Positions 46,079 to 52,565 of a DNA stretch of 55,121 bases are shown here, piece after piece. The stretch covers positions 1 through 55,121 of the IMG/VR virus record IMGVR_UViG_3300025305_000023; one strand, 5' to 3'. The position numbers were made by a program, and so were the translations under genes. Numbering within the stretch: position 1 is the first letter of the stretch; each line of letters opens with the position of its first letter. Below the pieces are notes generated by a model that did not search any database, had not been told where the DNA came from, and was given only the letters and a program-made list of their open reading frames with translations. This stretch comes from a virus (lineage: Duplodnaviria; Caudoviricetes).

Positions 46079-46332
46079 TCAAAATACTCCAAATTGATTT
46101 GAATATATTTTTGCTGGTCATCGGGAACATCGTCTTCAGCATATATGGCTTGTACGGGGCATTCGTCCACACACAACCCGCAGTCAATGCAGGTGTCCGG
46201 GTCAATGAATAACATATCCACATCTTCAAACTTATCAGAATCAGAAACAGGATGAATGCAATCCACAGGACAGACATCAACACATGAAGTGTCCTTTGTG
46301 CCTATGCATGATTCTGTTATAACAAAAGTCAT
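46075..46332 (-). CDS. fdxA: 7Fe-type ([3Fe-4S]/[4Fe-4S]) ferredoxin
   Basis: 'C-x7-CVDVCPVDCIH' and 'CIDCGLCVDECPVQAI'. Confidence 0.92.
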   Translation of the reverse strand: MTFVITESCIGTKDTSCVDVCPVDCIHPVSDSDKFEDVDMLFIDPDTCIDCGLCVDECPVQAIYAEDDVPDDQQKYIQINLEYFE

Positions 46333-46375
46333 TTAAATAAACCTTTCTGGTGTCTGCCATGCAAACGGACAGTTA

Positions 46376-47410
46376 TCAATAATCATTTCCAAAAATAGTA
46401 TTTAACTGTCGGTTTACTCGAACAAAAGTAGTACATTTTGGGAGTTGTTTGAGGTTTTTTGCACCAGTGTATGTGCATGCACTCCGGACTCCACCTAGAA
46501 TTTGTTGAATGGTGTTTTTGATAGATCCACGATACTCTACCTGCACAGTCTTTCCCTCAGACGCTCTGTACGTTGCTACACCACCGCTATGTTTCTCCAT
46601 AGCAGTATCAGAGGACATTCCATAGAACGTCTTATAGAGCGTTCCATCGTCCCCTGCAACCATATCACCAGCAGACTCATCATGTCCTGCAAGCATACCG
46701 CCGAGCATTACGAAGTCTGCTCCTGCTCCAAATGCCTTTGATACATCACCTGCTGACTGGCATCCACCATCCGCCATGATATGTCCACCTAACCCATGAG
46801 CGGCATCTGCACATTCAATTACTGCGGACAATTGAGGATACCCAACGCCCGTTATCTTCCTTGTTGTGCATACGCTTCCTGGTCCGATTCCCACCTTCAC
46901 TATATCTGCTCCAGCGAGAATCAACGCTTCTGTCATTTCTGCTGTTACAACATTTCCTGCAATTATAATTTTGTCTCGCCATTCTTTTCTTACCCGTCTC
47001 ACAAAGTCTACGAATTTCTGGGAATACCCATTCGCAACATCCAGACAAAAGAACTGATGGGGCGCACTAAATGATGTTTCTGGACCAAAGAGAAACTCCT
47101 GATCTTTGTTTGACATCCCAAACGAAAGTGACATAGACTTTCTTTGGTTTATTGAAATAGTGTCGGGAATTTCGGTAATGTGTTTACTTAGACAAGTCAA
47201 CATATCATATTGGTAAAATTCCTTACCAATTTCAATTGTCCCTGTTGTGTCCATGTTTGCTGCAACAATAGGAATCCCTGTCCATGTCTTTCCATTCTTA
47301 AATGTAAACGTTCGGTGTAAATCAACCTCTTTGCGAGATTCTAGTACGGAGCGTTTTGGACGAATGAGTACGTCCGAATAGTCAAGTTTAATATCGTCTT
47401 CAATTCTCAT
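46376..47410 (-). CDS. guaC: GMP reductase
   Basis: '[14 protein letters not shown]...ANMDT...LDVANGY...[13 protein letters not shown]...YRASEGK...RSACTY'. Confidence 0.96.
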   Translation of the reverse strand: MRIEDDIKLDYSDVLIRPKRSVLESRKEVDLHRTFTFKNGKTWTGIPIVAANMDTTGTIEIGKEFYQYDMLTCLSKHITEIPDTISINQRKSMSLSFGMSNKDQEFLFGPETSFSAPHQFFCLDVANGYSQKFVDFVRRVRKEWRDKIIIAGNVVTAEMTEALILAGADIVKVGIGPGSVCTTRKITGVGYPQLSAVIECADAAHGLGGHIMADGGCQSAGDVSKAFGAGADFVMLGGMLAGHDESAGDMVAGDDGTLYKTFYGMSSDTAMEKHSGGVATYRASEGKTVQVEYRGSIKNTIQQILGGVRSACTYTGAKNLKQLPKCTTFVRVNRQLNTIFGNDY

Positions 47411-47553
47411 AAGTTAGCAAAGCGGTAAACATAATATGTACCCCCGATTCCAATAAGTGTTATTATTATCCATCCAAGACTCCCTATGAACCGTTCTTTT
47501 TTCTTTCTTTGTTTTTTCCGTCGTTCGTTATTTAATTGAAAATTGCTTTTCAT
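47407..47553 (-). CDS. Small C-terminally anchored membrane protein
   Basis: MKSNF...[18 protein letters not shown]; GGAG SD; the longer ORF-track start lies inside the tRNA. Confidence 0.55.
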   Translation of the reverse strand: MKSNFQLNNERRKKQRKKKERFIGSLGWIIITLIGIGGTYYVYRFANL

Positions 47554-47568
47554 GTTCGTTTCTCCAAA

Positions 47569-47641
47569 TAGGCTGAGTGGGACTCGAACCCACGAATACA
47601 CCGTTATAAGCGGTGCTGCTAATACCATCCGCGTCCAGCCC
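47569..47641 (-). tRNA. tRNA-Ile(TAT)
   Basis: GGGCTGG..CACCG-CTTATAA-CGGTG..GTGGG-TTCGAGT-CCCAC-TCAGCCT-A; atypical A8 and weak D-stem. Confidence 0.85.
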
Positions 47642-47652
47642 AATGGTTTTAG

Positions 47653-47910
47653 TCAGAACCAAGATGGCTCAACCTTGAATTTCTTATTACTCACATGTCC
47701 GTTTTCATTTTTGTCAAGATAGTTAGATCTTTGTCGGTCTTCGTCGTGTCCTAATCTATAGTTTATTTGTTCAATACCGTATTTCTCATTTAAGAATGTA
47801 AGATCATCCCGATGTGAACTTGTAAATTCTTGAATGAGAAGTTTACTTTTATTAATTGCCTTTTCTTCGTCGTGTCCCAATGGGATATCGATATGTAATC
47901 TATACTGCAT
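47653..47910 (-). CDS. Hypothetical protein
   Basis: MQYRLHIDIPLG...INYRLGHDEDRQ. Confidence 0.6.
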   Translation of the reverse strand: MQYRLHIDIPLGHDEEKAINKSKLLIQEFTSSHRDDLTFLNEKYGIEQINYRLGHDEDRQRSNYLDKNENGHVSNKKFKVEPSWF

Positions 47911-48112
47911 TTTTATCAGTCTCCATAAATTCACCAGTTAATCCAGAACCCATATAGGTTGGAAGGTACTCTCGTAGTATTTTCATAATTTTTGCAAGGT
48001 CGTTATAATTTATTTCATCTTTCAGATACATCTCGTACCCAATCACGGCAGTTTCCGCTGCTTCGATTAAATCATTCAACCATTGGTCTTGTTCTTGTAA
48101 AGGAATATTCAT
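47900..48112 (-). CDS. Hypothetical protein
   Basis: Operon packing. Confidence 0.55.
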   Translation of the reverse strand: MNIPLQEQDQWLNDLIEAAETAVIGYEMYLKDEINYNDLAKIMKILREYLPTYMGSGLTGEFMETDKNAV

Positions 48113-48113
48113 A

Positions 48114-48386
48114 TCAACCCGGATCCGTTTTTGTATTGAACACTAGAACATAATCTGTTCGGAAACTTCTCCATGCAAACTTTTCTAAATCCCACACAGG
48201 AATCACAGGAGAATCTGGTGGACCTTGCGATGCACCATTCACTCGGACTTCTTCAATTTTTGGTGCAAGTTTTGGATTCAATGTGCAAATCATTTGTCGG
48301 ATGGTTCCGTCCAATTTCTTGAAAAACACTTCACACTTTCCTTGTTGAAGTTTTCCCAACATTTCTTCTCGTAAAAACGTTGCCAT
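48114..48386 (-). CDS. WYL_2-like SH3 beta-barrel protein
   Basis: 'VFFKKLDGTIRQMICTL...VWDLEKFAWRSFR'. Confidence 0.8.
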   Translation of the reverse strand: MATFLREEMLGKLQQGKCEVFFKKLDGTIRQMICTLNPKLAPKIEEVRVNGASQGPPDSPVIPVWDLEKFAWRSFRTDYVLVFNTKTDPG

Positions 48387-48556
48387 CAGAATTCAGTCCT
48401 TTCCCTTTTCCATTCTTGTCGCGTCTTCTTTACATCGTGCATAGAGGTGCCCCTGCCCCATGTCTTTGCACGATTAAATGGTGTGCCGAACATGTCGCGT
48501 TGTGCATCTTGCGTTGCAAACCTTTTCTTTAGTTGAATTCTTTTTTCTCGTTTCAT
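48386..48556 (-). CDS. 56-aa basic hypothetical protein
   Basis: MKREKKNSTKKRFATQD...; TGATG overlaps at both ends. Confidence 0.6.
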   Translation of the reverse strand: MKREKRIQLKKRFATQDAQRDMFGTPFNRAKTWGRGTSMHDVKKTRQEWKRERTEF

Positions 48557-48948
48557 CAGTCTATTCTACTATCTTTTTCTTTTTCTACAAGTTTATTTTC
48601 TTCTTCCGCAGGAATATTTATGACTTCGCACTCTTCCATACTCATTAAAAATTCTTCAAATGCCATTTCATTTTCACTTTCTTTTCCGATTCCCGATCCG
48701 GTCAATCTTTCTATATCTACAATTTGTATTTGCGGAATTTTTCGCCATAATGCATTTTGCACATCCCAAATCTCCACGATTTTCTTTTCTTTTTCTAGTG
48801 CGATTTTTTCTGCACGAATCACATCTTCCTTATCTGCCATATGGTTCTTAGATAATGTTCCTATTATCAAATATTCAACAGAGAATTCATCAACACATGT
48901 GAGTTCGCAAATTCCTTTTTGCAATTCTTCTAATAGTGCTTCAATCAT
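48556..48948 (-). CDS. Divergent WYL_2-like protein
   Basis: 'LQKGICEL...GTL...IWDVQNALWRKI' aligns with 48114-48386; start trimmed to MIEAL. Confidence 0.6.
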   Translation of the reverse strand: MIEALLEELQKGICELTCVDEFSVEYLIIGTLSKNHMADKEDVIRAEKIALEKEKKIVEIWDVQNALWRKIPQIQIVDIERLTGSGIGKESENEMAFEEFLMSMEECEVINIPAEEENKLVEKEKDSRID

Positions 48949-49336
48949 TAATAATTTCCTTTTGTACCCTTTTCCAATAATTTTCGGTGCTTTTCCTTTG
49001 CCATCCATTTGGCCCACCGTTCCAGATCCGCGCTCTGTCTTCGTCCGATACGCTTCGCTTCAGACGCTTCTCCGTCGCGTACCGTCGCATATAGCGACGA
49101 AAAATCTCTAAAGAGTAATCCAACCCTTCGCAATCGGAATAATTCTCGCCATCCCGTTTTACGTCCTCCCAACAACACTCATGAATCTGTAAAGGACCGG
49201 TTGCAGCACCGTTATCACCTTTCGGGCAATCACTCTCACACTGCGATGTTTCTACCTGCCATATAGCAGATTCTAAGGGAGTGATAGAAATCCCACTAGC
49301 GACACTCACTGCAATTGCGAGTGTATAAAAAATCAT
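48941..49336 (-). CDS. Lysozyme-fold protein resembling i-type (destabilase) lysozyme, with N-terminal signal/TM
   Basis: 'AIWQVET...GPLQI..CCW.D...YMRRY...ARIWNGGPNG...YW..V'; MIFYTLAIAVSVASG N-terminus. Confidence 0.75.
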   Translation of the reverse strand: MIFYTLAIAVSVASGISITPLESAIWQVETSQCESDCPKGDNGAATGPLQIHECCWEDVKRDGENYSDCEGLDYSLEIFRRYMRRYATEKRLKRSVSDEDRARIWNGGPNGWQRKSTENYWKRVQKEIIND

Positions 49337-49620
49337 ATGTTTTTCCCCATCTCTTCCATGTCCTTTGGTGTTGGGTTGTGTTCTCGTTTCCATCCTGCAT
49401 CAACCTTTTCTTTCCAGTCGATTCTCGCATGATGTGTGTGTGTTGTGATATTCATTGCAGATTCATCGTGAATAATCACATGCTCTTTGTTTCGCCTTGC
49501 AGACACAATGTACATACATCGAATCACTTTCCAGCCTGGCTTTGTGAGCATATAATATTCGTTTCCTTCTGTGTCTGTGTGCATTCCTGTGTGCATTCCT
49601 GTGTGCATTCCTGTGTGCAT
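49333..49620 (-). CDS. AR-xx-W-motif paralogue with N-terminal (MHTG)n repeat
   Basis: 'HARIDWKEKVDAGWKR'; the ORF-track start lies inside tRNA-Asp. Confidence 0.6.
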   Translation of the reverse strand: MHTGMHTGMHTGMHTDTEGNEYYMLTKPGWKVIRCMYIVSARRNKEHVIIHDESAMNITTHTHHARIDWKEKVDAGWKREHNPTPKDMEEMGKNI

Positions 49621-49621
49621 T
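49575..49621. repeat. 12-bp tandem repeat x4
   Basis: ctgtgtgcattc x4 (minus strand ATGCACACAGGA). Confidence 0.9.
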
Positions 49622-49637
49622 ACGAAACTCCTTGCAA

Positions 49638-49711
49638 CGGCGCAGGCGGGACTTGAACCCGCAACCTCCGGCGTGACAAGCCGATGCTCTTTCCAATTGA
49701 GCCACTGCACC
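49638..49711 (-). tRNA. tRNA-Asp(GTC)
   Basis: GGTGCAG..TCGGC-TTGTCAC-GCCGG..GCGGG-TTCAAGT-CCCGC-CTGCGCC-G. Confidence 0.95.
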
Positions 49712-49865
49712 TTTTTTTGAATTGGTGGTATGGGCGTTAACCCACATCACCTTAACATCGTTTATCTCGCAGTGAAAACTATGTCAAACACTGGTGACGT
49801 TTATCGTCAGCACTTCGTTGGACGTAACCAATACCCATGCATTGTCACTCGACTTTATATTAATT

Positions 49866-49894
49866 ATTATACTTTATCTACGACTCTGTGTAAA
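49866..49894 (-). promoter_or_regulatory. sigma70-type promoter upstream of the tRNA-Asp operon
   Basis: TTTACA-17bp-TATAAT. Confidence 0.7.
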
Positions 49895-50189
49895 TCATTT
49901 TATTTAATCCTATGATATATTTTTTTGTGTCAGGGATTTTTAGGGGAAATGGAGTCCCATTGTTTTTCTTTTGCGTGGACTGGGGCGTGGTTTTTTACCC
50001 CGGGGCGATTTTAAACTCCGGTAATTCGCTAGCGTTTTGAGTCCCATCATAATAAAAAATACTCTCAACTGTTTGGACGGGTTGACAACATTTTTTATTT
50101 TATTATTAGATTGACTGCGCAGTGTGCGCGCCGTGTAGTCCTATGCGCACCTAGCAGGTTCCCTTCCCCACCTGCTCCTGCTATGTCAC

Positions 50190-50429
50190 TCAACCAACTG
50201 CGATGGTGGGGTCAATGCCTACTGGTGCAGCACCAGCAATCACAAAGCCACCCTTGCGCCCACGCTTGAACGTGATGCGCTCGCCGTAGTGTTCCGCCAA
50301 GCGGTCACGCACGGTGGGCCCAGATGCTCCTGCCTGCTCGGCAACGATTGCAATCTTGTGCATTGTGCCAGTAGGGGCAGCGTCTAGTGCCTTAAAGTTA
50401 ATATCGATTTTCTTACGAGGTCGTGCCAT
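50190..50429 (-). CDS. Small winged-HTH-like DNA-binding protein
   Basis: 'IVAEQAGASGPTVRDRL...KRGRKGGF'; GGAGG SD before MARPR. Confidence 0.6.
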   Translation of the reverse strand: MARPRKKIDINFKALDAAPTGTMHKIAIVAEQAGASGPTVRDRLAEHYGERITFKRGRKGGFVIAGAAPVGIDPTIAVG

Positions 50430-50430
50430 G

Positions 50431-50694
50431 TTAATGGTCCTCCATAGGTTTGTACTGCTCAAGGATCTCGCCAGAGAGGTCATGTAGACCCACAACCATC
50501 TCAATCTCTTCTACTTCAAAGAGGTCTGGCGAATAAGTGTCTAAAAGATCTATAATCAATGCCTGTGCCGCAGCAGCACCATATAGGCACAGGGGATTAT
50601 ATACATAAGGGTCAAAATGCGCATCCAATTGATCATATGCTTCTCTAATGAGCGCAATTAGATCTGAAATGCTAGTAGTAGAATTGTAATTCAT
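50431..50694 (-). CDS. Hypothetical protein
   Basis: ATGA overlap, operon packing. Confidence 0.55.
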   Translation of the reverse strand: MNYNSTTSISDLIALIREAYDQLDAHFDPYVYNPLCLYGAAAAQALIIDLLDTYSPDLFEVEEIEMVVGLHDLSGEILEQYKPMEDH

Positions 50695-50960
50695 AGAAAT
50701 TCTCCCTGGGAGTCCATTTCTGCCAATAGAGCATAGCCCTCTGCGGTCACGCCAGCATGGTCGTATAGAGGATCCTCACCCCATGGATATATATCGTAAA
50801 TGGGTGGGGCTTCGTCTAGATCGGGATCTGGTTCTATAGGGCTTGTAGGACATTCATCATCATCAGGGTTTTCGAGGTTTTCCTGCTCTTGATCAGGATC
50901 CCATTCATCCCATTCAGGGTCCATTTTCATTTTTATTAAATCCTTTTTCAGAAGGGGCAT
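50691..50960 (-). CDS. Acidic hypothetical protein
   Basis: D/E/P-rich; follows the AAA gene. Confidence 0.55.
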   Translation of the reverse strand: MPLLKKDLIKMKMDPEWDEWDPDQEQENLENPDDDECPTSPIEPDPDLDEAPPIYDIYPWGEDPLYDHAGVTAEGYALLAEMDSQGEFL

Positions 50961-52171
50961 TTGTCACCAGAAACGTTTTGTTCAACATCCTCGGTAGAAG
51001 CGGAATCCTCGTCCTCTCCCACCTGCATGTCCGCATCCACCTTCCCGTAGAGACTCATAAACGCCTCTTTGGTTTCGTCATCAAATCGCGCAAGGCACAT
51101 GCCAATTGCTTTTACCTTGTTATTGAAGATGATATTGGCGTTCACGATGTCCACCAGACGGCGGGTCGAGATCACTTCGTCCACGGCACCCTCGTAAAAG
51201 GACTTGCGGATGATGTCCGCCCATGCGGTCAGATGTTCGCTAAATTCCGAATCGTCACATCCGGCCTTTCCGAGAATTTTCTTCTCAGTCGCCTTAGTGG
51301 CGTAAGGTTGTTCGAGGGTCACGGGGAAGCGATCAAGCATGGCTTCGTTCATGATGCCAGTACCGACGAATCGGCCGTCATCTGAACCTTTGCCCTTGGT
51401 ATTGGCAGTGGCGAAAATCTGAAAACCATCAATAGGAGTGACCCATTGACCGATTTTCTTCAAGAAAACGCCTTTACCCTCTAGAACGGGTTGCAGGCAC
51501 ATCATATTCGCGGATCCGAGATCGATCTCGTCCAGGAGCAGCACGCCGCCACTCTTCATCGCTGCCACTACGGGACCATCGCACCATACGGTATTACCGT
51601 TGATGAGGCGGAATCCACCTAGCAGATCGTCTTCGTCGGTCTGGCGCGTGATATTCACGCGGTAGCATTCCCGCTTCAACTTGGCGCAGACCTGCTCAAC
51701 CATGAGGGTCTTGCCATTACCGGATAGACCAGTAACGAAAATCGGGTAGAACTGACGCGAGCGAACGATCTTCTCAACATCGGAGAAGTGTCCCCAGGGA
51801 ACGTATGCGGCGAATTTCGGGGGGATGAGCGTGGCGCGTTCGCCACCAGTCATGCCCATAGCGAAATTCGCTGAAATGGCAGGAACAGACTCTACCGCAC
51901 CCTGCACAGCGGCGACGGCGACGGGGGTAGCAGAAGCCGGGGCAGGGGCGGGAGTCAATGCTTCCTTCGGGGAAGCGGATTCCAATTCAGGAAGATCATA
52001 AAGGCCGCGTCCCACCTTGCGAGTGGATTCTTGCGTGATCCACGAAGGCGGGCATGTATATATGCCTGTACTTTCGCATGTAGCGATAAGGTCTTGGCGA
52101 CTGACGGGTGAAGTGCAACCGGCAGCGGCAAGGGCATTTATGAAATGTTGTTTGCGCTTGCTAAGTGACAT
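50948..52171 (-). CDS. MoxR/CobS-type AAA+ ATPase
   Basis: Walker A 'GLSGNGKT', 'DEDDLLGG', Walker B 'LLLDEID', 'ATANTKGKGSDDGRF', 'EVISTRRL'. Confidence 0.93.
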   Translation of the reverse strand: MSLSKRKQHFINALAAAGCTSPVSRQDLIATCESTGIYTCPPSWITQESTRKVGRGLYDLPELESASPKEALTPAPAPASATPVAVAAVQGAVESVPAISANFAMGMTGGERATLIPPKFAAYVPWGHFSDVEKIVRSRQFYPIFVTGLSGNGKTLMVEQVCAKLKRECYRVNITRQTDEDDLLGGFRLINGNTVWCDGPVVAAMKSGGVLLLDEIDLGSANMMCLQPVLEGKGVFLKKIGQWVTPIDGFQIFATANTKGKGSDDGRFVGTGIMNEAMLDRFPVTLEQPYATKATEKKILGKAGCDDSEFSEHLTAWADIIRKSFYEGAVDEVISTRRLVDIVNANIIFNNKVKAIGMCLARFDDETKEAFMSLYGKVDADMQVGEDEDSASTEDVEQNVSGDKCPF

Positions 52172-52226
52172 TCAAAAGTTCTCCGAAGGAAAGGACTAGA
52201 GCGGGAAACCGTCCCGCGATATGTGT

Positions 52227-52254
52227 ATTATATCCGATATCAGTCCCTAAACAA
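52227..52254 (-). promoter_or_regulatory. sigma70-type promoter for the AAA operon
   Basis: TTGTTT-16bp-TATAAT. Confidence 0.6.
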
Positions 52255-52298
52255 GGGGTTGGGGGGTCTTTTTTGGAAGATTTTAAAAGAAATACCCC

Positions 52299-52323
52299 TA
52301 AATGCCTGTATAATAAGCACTTA
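52299..52323. promoter_or_regulatory. Imperfect palindrome related to 37703-37735
   Basis: TAAATGCCTG-TATAA-TAAGCACTTA. Confidence 0.5.
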
Positions 52324-52531
52324 CAGACCAAAATATTCTTTGTTCGGGGTCTGTTAGGGGTGCTGTGCGCGTATAAGAAAGGAACGGGCGGGCGCGCATG
52401 CCCGCGCGAATAGCAGAATTTACCCCCGCTGTCAAGGGGTAAAACCTATAAAAATGAAATAAAATGCAAAAAAGTCCGAACGTCCGATAATAAAATCTAC
52501 CCTATTCTCAGGGATTTACCCCTGCACCCCC

Positions 52532-52559
52532 TTGCAATGAACCCCATTTCTGGTATAAT
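52532..52559 (+). promoter_or_regulatory. sigma70-type promoter, leaderless start of the vWA gene
   Basis: TTGCAA-16bp-TATAAT, ATG at 52566; shares 'atttctggtataata' with the 37622 promoter. Confidence 0.75.
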
Positions 52560-52565
52560 ACAGGT

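Noticed and set aside
49575-49621. CRISPR array
   Set aside because: Contiguous 12-bp units without spacers.
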